In this document: in pieces, positions 8,794 through 17,588 of the stretch | Position numbering within the stretch: the first letter of the stretch is position 1 | Layout: each line of letters opens with the position of its first letter | Assembly: GCA_041662745.1 (NCBI GenBank) | Contig: JBAZRV010000002.1 | Location: forward strand, 206,919 to 238,918 | Source of the DNA: Patescibacteria group bacterium | GTDB lineage: Bacteria; Patescibacteriota; Patescibacteriia; 2-01-FULL-39-33 | DNA length: 32,000 bases | Direction of reading: 5' to 3' | Translations under genes and position numbers: made by a program | The notes under the pieces: model-generated | Told to the model about the DNA's origin: nothing | Databases searched by the model: none | Seen by the model: the letters and a program-made list of their open reading frames with translations, nothing else

Positions 8794-10419
8794 ATGTCCA
8801 AGTACATTTTTGTCATGGGCGGAGTAATGTCGGGAGTCGGCAAAGGCATCGCCGCGGCCTCTATCGGTAAAATCCTGTCTTCCAAGGGCTTTAAGGTTAC
8901 GGCGATTAAGATAGATCCCTATCTTAATGTTGATGCCGGCACCATGAATCCGGTGGAACACGGCGAAGTGTTTGTAACCGAGGACGGCGATGAGACTGAT
9001 CAGGATATCGGCAATTATGAAAGGTTTTTAGACCAAAATATTTACCGTGACAATTACATGACTTCGGGCAGAGTTTACCAATCAGTCATTAATCGCGAAC
9101 GTAACTTGGAATACGGCGGCAAGTGCGTGGAGGCGGTGCCGCACATCCCTTATGAAGTGATTGATCGCATTAATCGCGCCATGGAAAAAGCCGAGGCGGA
9201 AATCGGCATTATTGAGATCGGCGGTACGGTCGGCGAATTTCAAAATGTCTTATATCTGGAAGCGGCCAGAATGCTCAAGTTTAAAAATCCCGGCGACGTG
9301 GCTTTTGTCATGGTCAGTTATCTGCCGGTGCCGTCCAAAATCGGTGAAATGAAAACCAAGCCGACGCAGATGGCGGTGCGCGCCATTAACGAGGTCGGCA
9401 TCCAGCCTGATTTTTTGCTGTGCCGTTCCAGCTATCCGGTTGATGCTCCGCGACGGGAAAAACTGGCATTGTTTTGCAATGTCCAGCCGGGAAACGTCAT
9501 TTCCGCTCCGGATGTGGAGAGTGTTTATGATATTCCCGTTAATTTTGAGCGGGAAAATCTGGGCGATAAGATTTTAAAGATTTTGAACCTGGAACCGCGG
9601 CAGCAGGATTTGGCGGAATGGCGGGTTTTTGTGGATAAAATAAATGCCGCCACAGAAAAAATTAAAATAGGCATTGTCGGCAAATATTTTGAGAGCGGCG
9701 ATTTTGTCTTGTCTGACGCTTATATTTCCGTAATTGAAAGCTTAAGATTCGCGGCCTGGCACAATAATCGCAAGCCGGAGATTGAATGGATTAATTCCGA
9801 TTTGTATGAAAGGGAACCGAATAAATTAGACGAATTGCAAGACTATGACTGCTTGGTGGTGCCGGGGGGATTCGGCAGCCGCGGCATTGAAGGAAAAATT
9901 AAGGCTATCCGTTTTGCGCGGGAAAATAAAATACCCTACCTGGGTTTGTGTTATGGCATGCAACTGGCAACAATTGAATTCGCCCGCAATGTTTGCGGCC
10001 TGGCTGACGCCCATACCACTGAAATCAACCCGCACACCTTGAATCCAGTCATTCATATTATTCCCGAGCAAGAGGAAAAAATGGCCAATAAGCAATATGG
10101 CAATACTATGCGCTTGGGCGCTTACCCCTGCGTCTTGCAGGAGGGGAGTCTGGTTAGGGATTTATATCAGACGGCGGAAATATCCGAACGCCATCGCCAT
10201 CGTTATGAATTCAATCTGGCGTACAGGCAAAAGATGGAGGAGCATGGCCTGGTTTTTTCCGGTTTGAGTCCGGACGGCCAGTTGACGGAAATCATTGAAC
10301 TACCCAAAGACCAGCACCCGTTTTTCGTGGGCGTGCAATTCCATCCGGAATTCAAATCCCGGCCGCTTAAGCCGCATCCTTTGTTTTTCGGCCTGATTAA
10401 GGCCGGATTAAAAAAATAA
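8794..10419 (+). CDS. pyrG: CTP synthase
   Basis: MSKYIFVMGGVMSGVGKGIAAASIGKILSSKGFKVTAIKIDPYLNVDAGTMNP; C-terminal glutamine amidotransferase YLGLCYGMQLATIEFARNV and VGVQFHPEF. Confidence 0.98.
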   Translation: MSKYIFVMGGVMSGVGKGIAAASIGKILSSKGFKVTAIKIDPYLNVDAGTMNPVEHGEVFVTEDGDETDQDIGNYERFLDQNIYRDNYMTSGRVYQSVINRERNLEYGGKCVEAVPHIPYEVIDRINRAMEKAEAEIGIIEIGGTVGEFQNVLYLEAARMLKFKNPGDVAFVMVSYLPVPSKIGEMKTKPTQMAVRAINEVGIQPDFLLCRSSYPVDAPRREKLALFCNVQPGNVISAPDVESVYDIPVNFERENLGDKILKILNLEPRQQDLAEWRVFVDKINAATEKIKIGIVGKYFESGDFVLSDAYISVIESLRFAAWHNNRKPEIEWINSDLYEREPNKLDELQDYDCLVVPGGFGSRGIEGKIKAIRFARENKIPYLGLCYGMQLATIEFARNVCGLADAHTTEINPHTLNPVIHIIPEQEEKMANKQYGNTMRLGAYPCVLQEGSLVRDLYQTAEISERHRHRYEFNLAYRQKMEEHGLVFSGLSPDGQLTEIIELPKDQHPFFVGVQFHPEFKSRPLKPHPLFFGLIKAGLKK

Positions 10420-10431
10420 TTAGACAATTTT

Positions 10432-10464
10432 AAAACCCGTCCGGTTTAGTCCGAGGCGGGTTTT
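10432..10464 (+). terminator. Bidirectional terminator between pyrG and the convergent minus gene
   Basis: Stem aaaacccg / cgggtttt with flanking A/T tracts. Confidence 0.6.
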
Positions 10465-10468
10465 GGCT

Positions 10469-10717
10469 TTAAAAGATCAAGTAAGCGGCGGCAATGGCTG
10501 ACAGTCCGATGGCCAGAATATACAATATCCGTAATATTTTGGGGGTTTGCCTCTTCACCTCGGATCTTCCGGGCTTGCCCAATTTCCAACAACGATGGCA
10601 AACGCCGTCATGGTAATGAATTTGATATCCTACCTCTCCGCAGTGGATGCAGACATCCTGTTTTTCGTTACTCATTAATATTATTGCCTGACGAACTGCG
10701 CCCCGGAGTCTGTTCAT
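10469..10717 (-). CDS. Small zinc-ribbon-like membrane protein
   Basis: CIHCGEVGYQIHYHDGVCHRCW (CX2C...CX2C) followed by a C-terminal TM (ILRILYILAIGLSAIAAAYLIF). Start taken at MNRLRGAVRQ with upstream 'aaaggg'. Start 10675 (MSNEKQD) is an alternative; the longer ORF to 11119 is not credible. Confidence 0.6.
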   Translation of the reverse strand: MNRLRGAVRQAIILMSNEKQDVCIHCGEVGYQIHYHDGVCHRCWKLGKPGRSEVKRQTPKILRILYILAIGLSAIAAAYLIF

Positions 10718-10889
10718 GGGCCAACCCTTTCTTTTTCGTTGTGATTCTGAGCGGATTATGATGTCATTCCTATGACCTGATATTTTATCATATATTAACT
10801 GATTAGTCAAGAAAATAAATTGTCTTTTATCGTAAGCTATTAACCTAACCGCTGCAAATCTTAAATTATTATCCCTGTGGATAAACATA

Positions 10890-10918
10890 TTGACAAAAAA
10901 GTAAAGGTATGATATAAT
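10890..10918 (+). promoter_or_regulatory. Consensus sigma70-type promoter for the lytic transglycosylase gene
   Basis: TTGACA (10890-10895), 17 nt spacer, TATG-A-TATAAT (-10 at 10913-10918). Confidence 0.85.
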
Positions 10919-10997
10919 AATAAACATTGGTCGCTGTGACCAACTTGTGTCAAAAAAATCCCTAAAATTAGGGAAAATATCAAAAGGAACATTTACA

Positions 10998-11975
10998 ATG
11001 AACAGGTTTTTTGAAGGTAAATCCGCCGATACTATGATTATCCAGAGATGTATTGATTTTTTTATCGGACGCATCAACCTGGCGTTAGCCATGGCATTCT
11101 TAGCGTTTTGCGCTGTCATGGCGCTGGGCGCCTGGTTGGGAGAAGGTCAAGTTTTAGCGGCCGGCATTGATGCGGCCGACTATCGGATTAGGCGGGTTGA
11201 GCCAAGCCGGATTGAGCCGATTGATTTTATTGACGAGCGGGAATTGGATGCTGAACTATTGCAAGAGGAGAAGATCTTTCTGCAACAGCAAACAGCCAGC
11301 TCAGGCGAACTCGTACTGCTCAATCAATCGGTTGAGGCGACCGATTCAACCCTAATTGACTCGAAGCTGTTGCCGCCGCAGGAAATCATCAATGTCTATG
11401 CCGCCTTTATCCAACGCGATAATCCTCGCGTATCGGATGCGGAGGCCAACAAATGGGCACGTGATTTTGAGCAATGGGAAAGCCGCTATAATTTCCCGCG
11501 AGGGGTTTTGGTGGCGATTGCCCATACCGAGTCTTGGCATGATCCGAATGCCAAATCGTGCGCCGAGGCGTACGGTTTAATGCAGGTTCAATATGGCACC
11601 GGCCAGGGAGTGGCCAAACGCTTCGGCCTTTGGTCGGAGCCGAAGTTCAGCAAACCGGCCAAAAATGAAAAGGAAGCGCGCGAGAGAATCCACCAGGTGA
11701 AGAAATTCCGGGAAAACCTTATCAAGATTCTGAAGGATCCGGAACATAACATCAGAATGGGCGCGTTCGTTCTGCATCGTTTTTTAGTCAAGGAGAAGGG
11801 CGATTGGTCTAAGGCATTGGCGCGTTACTCCGGCGGCGCCAAGAATTACGAAAAGAAAGTCAAGAAGTTTCATGCTGTTGTCCGGGAGCGGATTGAATTG
11901 CGCGCCAAAGAAACTGCCCCAACCGGACGGTCAATGCTGGCCGAATTATCCTGCTCCTCAAGCCCTCTATCCTAA
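10998..11975 (+). CDS. Lytic transglycosylase (SLT domain), membrane-anchored or secreted
   Basis: Hydrophobic N-terminus; GVLVAIAHTESWHDPNAKSCAEAYGLMQVQYGTG; ARYSGGAKNYEKKV. ATG at 10998 preceded by 'aaaggaacatttaca'. Confidence 0.88.
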   Translation: MNRFFEGKSADTMIIQRCIDFFIGRINLALAMAFLAFCAVMALGAWLGEGQVLAAGIDAADYRIRRVEPSRIEPIDFIDERELDAELLQEEKIFLQQQTASSGELVLLNQSVEATDSTLIDSKLLPPQEIINVYAAFIQRDNPRVSDAEANKWARDFEQWESRYNFPRGVLVAIAHTESWHDPNAKSCAEAYGLMQVQYGTGQGVAKRFGLWSEPKFSKPAKNEKEARERIHQVKKFRENLIKILKDPEHNIRMGAFVLHRFLVKEKGDWSKALARYSGGAKNYEKKVKKFHAVVRERIELRAKETAPTGRSMLAELSCSSSPLS

Positions 11976-11988
11976 TTGTACTTTGCTT

Positions 11989-12022
11989 GCCGCCTTGGTG
12001 TTATACCGAGGCGGCGTTTTTG
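11989..12022 (+). terminator. Rho-independent terminator after the transglycosylase gene
   Basis: Stem gccgcct / aggcggc plus gtttttgttt. Confidence 0.75.
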
Positions 12023-12030
12023 TTTAAAAA

Positions 12031-12060
12031 TAAAACATCCGGCGCAACCGGATGTTTTAT
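12031..12060 (-). terminator. Strong hairpin terminator on the rpmA side (usable both ways)
   Basis: Perfect 11 bp stem aaaacatccgg / ccggatgtttt with loop cgcaa. Confidence 0.7.
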
Positions 12061-12107
12061 GATGCAGGCTTTTTAAGCCTTTCTAAGCTGTAATTTTTGA
12101 ACAGGGT

Positions 12108-12380
12108 TTATTGAACAGAGACGATTTGAGCGTGTTCTAACTTACCGGTAAATTTCTTGACTTTCTTTTTATTAAAGCTGACCTTGCCGGATTGAATCGC
12201 AAAAATAGAGTCATCTTTGGCTTGTTTGGTGCCGTTGCCGGCGCGATAACGGGTACCGCGTTGGCGCACGATAATATTGCCGGACTGGGCGGTTTCGCCT
12301 CCGTAGAGTTTAATGCCTAAGCGTTGCGCATTGGAATCTCGGCCTAATCTTGTACTGCCGCCTGCTTTTTTTGTGGACAT
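12108..12380 (-). CDS. rpmA: Ribosomal protein bL27
   Basis: MSTKKAGGSTRLGRDSNAQRLGIKLYGGETAQSGNIIVRQRGTRYRAGNG. Confidence 0.96.
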   Translation of the reverse strand: MSTKKAGGSTRLGRDSNAQRLGIKLYGGETAQSGNIIVRQRGTRYRAGNGTKQAKDDSIFAIQSGKVSFNKKKVKKFTGKLEHAQIVSVQ

Positions 12381-12422
12381 AGTATATTTTGCTTAAAGTT
12401 TGTTTTTTTAACGATTGATCTA

Positions 12423-12451
12423 ATATTAGCCGATTTTGGTTGATTTGTCAA
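12423..12451 (-). promoter_or_regulatory. Promoter for rpmA
   Basis: Minus-strand TTGACA, 17 nt spacer, TAATAT. Confidence 0.6.
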
Positions 12452-12623
12452 GCAGTTCAACAATATCAGCCAAAACCGTTAATTAAGCGGATAAATCCGT
12501 TGCGGTAACAAAACAAATTAAAGGCTGTCCGGTTGATTTTGTCGTTAAAGCCCCAATATGTTAAGATTAATCTTGTTAGGGCTGTAAAATAACGTTTGTT
12601 ATTGCGGTATCTTCTGACAAATT

Positions 12624-13775
12624 ATGAATTTAAAAGAGAAGGCTAAAAAATTGCCGTTATCTCCGGGGGTTTACCGCTGGTTGGACGGCAAAGGCAAAAT
12701 ATTGTATGTAGGCCGCGCCACCAGTTTGCGCCGGCGAGTTTTGCAATATTTTCGTCCGGATATTGAACCACGGATAGGGGAGATGGTATCCTTGGCCAAG
12801 GACATAAAATTTGAGAAGACCGATTCTGTTTTAGAGGCGATCATCTTGGAAGCTAATCTGATAAAAAAATTCTGGCCCAAGTATAATGTCAAGGACAAAG
12901 ATGACCGTTCATTTGCTTACGTGGTAATCGCCAAAAGCGATTGGCCCAAGCCGATAATCGTCCGTGGCAAGGATTTGGGGAAATATTCCCCCGGCCAAGC
13001 GCATATCTTCGGACCGTATCTTAATGCCACTCTGATTAAAAACGCTTTGCGCATCATTAGGCGGTTACTCCCTTATTCCACTTGTAAGCCCGGCAGCGGT
13101 CAGCCCTGCTTTGATTACCAAATCGGCTTATGTCCGGGGGCTTGCGTTTCAGCCATTACGCCACGGGAGTACAAAAAAAATATTAGGAATATCATCTGGC
13201 TGTTTGAGGGCAAGAAAAAACAATTGGTAAAAAGAATAACCAAAGAAAACCCGGAATTAGCCAAGGCCTTCCGCCATATTTCCGACGCCTCACTGATCAG
13301 CCGGGATGAAATATCCGGCGTCGGCGGCACAGGAAGAATTGAGGCCTACGACATTTCGCATTTGTCAGGCAAAGAAACCGTCGGCGCCCTGGCCGTGTTT
13401 GTCGGCGGCCAGCCGGATAAATCGCAGTATCGCTTATTCAATATTAAAACCGCAACCAATAATGATTTGCGGGCGCTTGAAGAAATGATTAGTCGCCGTC
13501 TTAATCATCCGGAGTGGCCCCTGCCCGACATATTCTTAATTGACGGCGGCCGGCCGCAGATCAATCAAGTCAGTAAATTATTCAAAAGCTTAAAAATTAC
13601 CAAACCGCTTTTGGGTTTGTCCAAGTTTGGCGGGGATAAGCTGGTTTATTCCGCCGGCACTCCTAAAAACGTCAGGGAGTTAGCCGTTAATATGCTATCC
13701 GACTTAAAACAGGCCAGGGATGAAGCGCACCGTTTTAGCAATTCGGCCCGCCGGAAAAAAATGAAAATTCGTTAA
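12624..13775 (+). CDS. uvrC: Short UvrC-like excinuclease subunit C
   Basis: GIY-YIG-type N-terminus (LPLSPGVYRWLDGKGKILYVGRATSLRRRV), RNase H-like endonuclease segment (RIEAYDISHLSGKETVGALAVFVGG, DIFLIDGGRPQINQV, ARDEAHRFSNSARRKK). Only 383 aa. Confidence 0.9.
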   Translation: MNLKEKAKKLPLSPGVYRWLDGKGKILYVGRATSLRRRVLQYFRPDIEPRIGEMVSLAKDIKFEKTDSVLEAIILEANLIKKFWPKYNVKDKDDRSFAYVVIAKSDWPKPIIVRGKDLGKYSPGQAHIFGPYLNATLIKNALRIIRRLLPYSTCKPGSGQPCFDYQIGLCPGACVSAITPREYKKNIRNIIWLFEGKKKQLVKRITKENPELAKAFRHISDASLISRDEISGVGGTGRIEAYDISHLSGKETVGALAVFVGGQPDKSQYRLFNIKTATNNDLRALEEMISRRLNHPEWPLPDIFLIDGGRPQINQVSKLFKSLKITKPLLGLSKFGGDKLVYSAGTPKNVRELAVNMLSDLKQARDEAHRFSNSARRKKMKIR

Positions 13776-13796
13776 ACTTTACCGCTATTATTGATT

Positions 13797-13807
13797 TGTG
13801 CTATAAT
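13797..13807 (+). promoter_or_regulatory. Extended -10 promoter upstream of the membrane protein gene
   Basis: TGTG C TATAAT, about 20 nt upstream of ATG 13828. Confidence 0.55.
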
Positions 13808-13827
13808 ACAGCCATAATTTAAAATCT

Positions 13828-14634
13828 ATGGACAAAAACTTAAATGTCAAACCAATGTTAACGGAACCGATCTCCCTGCTAAAAGCGGCTTGGGAATTGT
13901 ACGTAAAAAATTGGCAGAAGCTGGTCATCCTGACTTTGATTCCGATGATTATCCTGGGGATTGCCACCTTGCTGGCCTGGCTGTTGGGGATAATCCGTTA
14001 TTTGCCGGCGAATGAAGCTGCCGTCACTAAGGCCACCGATCCGGTTATTTCCTCTTTGGGATTCTTCTTTGTTACCGCCGGCGGTTTTGATGCTTTGCCT
14101 CTGTGGGGTAAAATCATCCTGGTGATCGTCGTGTGTATTATCGGGATTATAGTCTCCTTATCAATGGTAATTAGCCAATTATTAGTCTTGAAATCAAAGG
14201 GAGAATTGGATTTAAAAACAGCCGTTAAGGATTCAGTGAAATATTGGATCAAATATTTTCTCGTTGGTTTGCTTTTCGGCTTGATTATTACTGGCGGTTT
14301 GCTTTTATTTATAATACCGGGAATTTTTTGGGCGGTGATGTTCTGTCTGGCTTCAGTGATCCTTGTTTTTGAGGACACATCAATTATCGGCGCGCTTAAA
14401 CGAAGCCGAGAATTAACCAGAGGTTATTGGTGGGCGATTTTCGGCCGATTGATTTTATGGTTGGCAGTATGGTTGGCAGTGCTGTTTCTAGTTTCTTTGG
14501 TCGCCGGCTTATTGCGTTTGGCCAGCCAAGAAGCCGCTACGATTCTGTTGGATTTAGCCCAATTGGTTTTGGGTCCGGTGTATTTGGCCTATATCGTCCT
14601 GCTGTACCAATCCTTGCAACAAATTAAGAAGTAG
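13828..14634 (+). CDS. Polytopic integral membrane protein
   Basis: Multiple hydrophobic helices; overall pattern LLKAAWELYVKNWQKLVILTLIPMIILG... resembles glycerophosphoryl-diester-phosphodiesterase-associated/DUF975-like membrane domains. Confidence 0.8.
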   Translation: MDKNLNVKPMLTEPISLLKAAWELYVKNWQKLVILTLIPMIILGIATLLAWLLGIIRYLPANEAAVTKATDPVISSLGFFFVTAGGFDALPLWGKIILVIVVCIIGIIVSLSMVISQLLVLKSKGELDLKTAVKDSVKYWIKYFLVGLLFGLIITGGLLLFIIPGIFWAVMFCLASVILVFEDTSIIGALKRSRELTRGYWWAIFGRLILWLAVWLAVLFLVSLVAGLLRLASQEAATILLDLAQLVLGPVYLAYIVLLYQSLQQIKK

Positions 14635-14645
14635 TTTAAAACCAT

Positions 14646-15347
14646 ATGAAGAAGAAAATTTTTTTATTGATCCTCGTCTCCTTGTCTTTGCTTTTGGCTG
14701 AAAGCGCGCTGGCGGTCGGAACTTCTACCGGCGCTTTGACTCCGGCGGATTTAAAATTCGGAAAAATTCCCAAGGCGCAAACAGCAGCCGCTCAAGTGAC
14801 TTCCACGATTAACTTGGTTAAAAAAGTAGCCGCCGGAGCGATTGCTCGTTGCCCGGTAATTGAATCAAAAATTCAAATTAAGGTATCCGGTTTTGATAAC
14901 AGCAAAGTCAGGCACATGCAGGCCTACCAGACGCTCAAGGACAAATTATCAGCCATGTCTGATCGCTTAGTCACTCGGGGCGTAGATGTAACGGCGCTTA
15001 AAGCGGCTTTGGCTGTTTTGGATACGAAAATAAAAAAATTCAGCGATGATTACGCCGCCTATGTCGCATTGCTAAAGCAAGGCCAGGAATCCGTTTGCGG
15101 CCAATCAGCCGGACAGTTCAAAGCCAAACTGAAAGAAGCGCAGACCGCTTTAAAGACGGTCAATGCCGACGTTTTGGATATCAGGGCTTATTATAACACT
15201 GCGATTAAAGCCGAGATAGCCAAAATCAGAATCGCCATTAAGGCAATGTCCGGCGGCGCTTCCACCTCCTCTCCGGCCGCGCCTCAGTCTGCCTTGCCCG
15301 GCCAAGATCAAACCGAGTCAACCGCTACTAATGCCTTAACGCAGTAA
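14646..15347 (+). CDS. Exported hypothetical protein with signal peptide and coiled-coil-like body
   Basis: MKKKIFLLILVSLSLLLAESALA signal; helical body; Ser/Pro/Gln-rich C-terminus. Confidence 0.8.
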   Translation: MKKKIFLLILVSLSLLLAESALAVGTSTGALTPADLKFGKIPKAQTAAAQVTSTINLVKKVAAGAIARCPVIESKIQIKVSGFDNSKVRHMQAYQTLKDKLSAMSDRLVTRGVDVTALKAALAVLDTKIKKFSDDYAAYVALLKQGQESVCGQSAGQFKAKLKEAQTALKTVNADVLDIRAYYNTAIKAEIAKIRIAIKAMSGGASTSSPAAPQSALPGQDQTESTATNALTQ

Positions 15348-15354
15348 TAAACAT

Positions 15355-15639
15355 ATGAAGAAATACCTATCATTAATCGTTTTATCGTCAGTGGTATTGG
15401 TGGTTGGCGGATTATTAGCCGGTTGCGGCGCACCGCCAGAAAGCAACTTGCAAGATAGCCAAATAGAAGGGCAGGCCTTGCCCCCGGCTGACAATCAAAT
15501 GGCGCAACCGGCAGAAGAACCGGAAATAACAGAAACCGACATTGATCAATCCTTAAAAGATTTGGATGCGACTATGGATGCGGTAAAAACCACCGGCTTT
15601 GAGGCGACCAACTTATCCGACAAGGATTTGGGGTTATAA
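15355..15639 (+). CDS. Small lipoprotein
   Basis: MKKYLSLIVLSSVVLVVGGLLAGCGAPPES with lipobox LAGC; starts 7 nt after the previous stop. Confidence 0.8.
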   Translation: MKKYLSLIVLSSVVLVVGGLLAGCGAPPESNLQDSQIEGQALPPADNQMAQPAEEPEITETDIDQSLKDLDATMDAVKTTGFEATNLSDKDLGL

Positions 15640-15651
15640 TTTTATTTAATT

Positions 15652-15683
15652 AAAGCGGACTTTTATAAAGTCCGCTTTTTTGT
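15652..15683 (+). terminator. Rho-independent terminator
   Basis: aaagcggacttt tataaa gtccgctttttt. Confidence 0.85.
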
Positions 15684-15695
15684 TAGATTAATATC

Positions 15696-16328
15696 ATGAA
15701 AAACATTATTGCCATCAATAAACCCAAAGGTCCGACTTCATTTGCTATTGTCGCTCAAGTCAGGCGACGGACGGGCGTAAAAAAAGTCGGCCATGCCGGA
15801 ACATTGGATCCGTTGGCATCCGGTGTTTTAGTCGTGGCCATCGGCAGAGAAGCGACCAAAAAAATTTCCGAGGTGGTGGCCAAAGAAAAGGAATACGTGG
15901 CGGATATCAAGCTGGGCCTGACCAGCAGTACTGACGATGAAGAGGGGACAAAAGATATTATTAACGATCGCCAGCCCGATCAAGAGGAAGTATTAAAGGC
16001 GATCAAGGAATTTATCGGGGAAATCCAACAGGTGCCGCCGCAATTTTCCGCCATAAAAATTGCCGGCCGTCCCGCTTATAAAACAGCGCGCCGAGGCGAG
16101 AAATTGGAATTGGCGGCCAGGCCGGTGTTGATTAAGAATATTGAATTGCTTGAATATAAATACCCCGATCTAAAAATCAGGGTGGTTACCGGTCCCGGAG
16201 TTTATATTAGGTCGCTGGCCCGCGATTTGGGTCAGGCCCTGGGTTGCGGCGCTTACATGTCCGGCTTGGTGCGAACCAGGGTGGGGGAATACCGGTTGGA
16301 AGATGCGATAGCTGTTGATAGCTTGTAA
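15696..16328 (+). CDS. truB: tRNA pseudouridine(55) synthase, short form
   Basis: INKPKGPTSFAIVAQVRRRTGVKKVGHAGTLDPLASGVLVVAIGREATK; VVTGPGVYIRSLARDLGQAL. 210 aa, with little beyond the catalytic domain. Confidence 0.95.
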   Translation: MKNIIAINKPKGPTSFAIVAQVRRRTGVKKVGHAGTLDPLASGVLVVAIGREATKKISEVVAKEKEYVADIKLGLTSSTDDEEGTKDIINDRQPDQEEVLKAIKEFIGEIQQVPPQFSAIKIAGRPAYKTARRGEKLELAARPVLIKNIELLEYKYPDLKIRVVTGPGVYIRSLARDLGQALGCGAYMSGLVRTRVGEYRLEDAIAVDSL

Positions 16329-16384
16329 TTATTATCGTAGATTAAAAGAATGCCGCAAAAGATTAATTAGATTATTTTAATTGA

Positions 16385-16413
16385 TTGTAAAAACCGAGTA
16401 ATTTTGTTAAAAT
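16385..16413 (+). promoter_or_regulatory. Putative promoter for the pfkB-family kinase gene
   Basis: TTGTAA, 17 nt spacer, TAAAAT. Confidence 0.5.
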
Positions 16414-16450
16414 ACACTACATAATACCGCATGAATAAAAACGCAACCAT

Positions 16451-17401
16451 ATGTCTAAAAAGCAATTTGATCTGATTACCGTCGGCGGAGCGACCATTGA
16501 CATCTCCTTTTATTCCAAGGAAGGCGAGTTAATCTCTACCGGCAATGCCATAAAGCAGAAATTGTTAGCTTTTGAATATGGCGCTAAAATCGTCGCTGAC
16601 CGAGTATTCAATACTTTCGGGGGCGGTTGTTCCAATGCGGCTGTGTCGGCGGCGCGCTTAGGCCTAAAAACTGCGGCTCTGTGCCGCATAGGCAAAGATG
16701 ACTTCGGCAAGCGAGTCTTGGCTAATTTAACCGCCAATAAGGTTGATAGCGGTTTGGTCGGGCTTGACAGCAAAAATCCTACGGCCTTTACGGTAATTTT
16801 AACTGTTGACAATCCCAGCAAAGAACATATCGCCTTTGTTTACCGCGGCGCCAATGCTGTTTTAAATGACAAGGATATTCTACTGTCTTCCGTTAATGCC
16901 AAATGGTTTTATGTTACATCCTTGCCGGCCGTCGGTTGGCAAAAAATCATGGATAAATTAGTCGCTACCGGAAAAAAGATCGCTTGGAACCCCGGCAATG
17001 AGCAACTTAAGGATATTCCGGCCATTAAGAGATATTTGAACAAAATAGAAGTACTGATAGTCAATCATGATGAGGCTTTGGAATTTAAGAAGCTTAAAGA
17101 CATAAAGGGTTTGTTGGCCCACCTCAAATCCCTCGGGCCTAAAGTGGCGGTGATTACCGATGGGGCTAACGGCGCTTATGCCGTAGACGGCAAAAAACAA
17201 TATTTTATGAAGGCCAGATCATCCAAGCCGGTTAATACTCTGGGCGTCGGTGACGCCTTTGGCTCGACCTTGACTTCGGCTTTGGTTTATGATAAAAACA
17301 TAAAAGAAGCGCTCACTTGGGGCATCAAAAATTCTGCCTCGGTCGTTAATCACATCGGAGCGCAAACAGGCCTACTCACGAAAAAAGAAATTGAGAAATA
17401 A
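16451..17401 (+). CDS. PfkB/ribokinase-family carbohydrate or nucleoside kinase
   Basis: GGGCSNAAVSAARLGLKTALCRIGKDDFG and C-terminal signature KPVNTLGVGDAFGSTLTSALV. Confidence 0.92.
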   Translation: MSKKQFDLITVGGATIDISFYSKEGELISTGNAIKQKLLAFEYGAKIVADRVFNTFGGGCSNAAVSAARLGLKTAALCRIGKDDFGKRVLANLTANKVDSGLVGLDSKNPTAFTVILTVDNPSKEHIAFVYRGANAVLNDKDILLSSVNAKWFYVTSLPAVGWQKIMDKLVATGKKIAWNPGNEQLKDIPAIKRYLNKIEVLIVNHDEALEFKKLKDIKGLLAHLKSLGPKVAVITDGANGAYAVDGKKQYFMKARSSKPVNTLGVGDAFGSTLTSALVYDKNIKEALTWGIKNSASVVNHIGAQTGLLTKKEIEK

Positions 17402-17588
17402 CTAAATATTATTTCGTCAGGTGATAGGCGCGCCAAGCTGGCGTACCTGTCATTTTGTTTTCGCCTTTTTAATGAAAGTAAAATAAACTCTCTGGGAGAT
17501 TTTATCACAAAAAAATAATAATATAATACTGCTTTAGATTTTACAGACTCGCGACTTTTGACTAATAATTAATAACTCAATATAAATT

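Noticed and set aside
10718-11119. N-terminal extension of the minus-strand 216 aa ORF
   Set aside because: It runs antisense through the consensus promoter, leader and start of the transglycosylase gene. A credible start with upstream AAAGGG exists at 10717.
17418-17450. Imperfect hairpin caggt...cgccaagctggcg.acctg after the pfkB-family gene
   Set aside because: Mismatched lower stem and no immediate T-tract. Insufficient to call a terminator or element.
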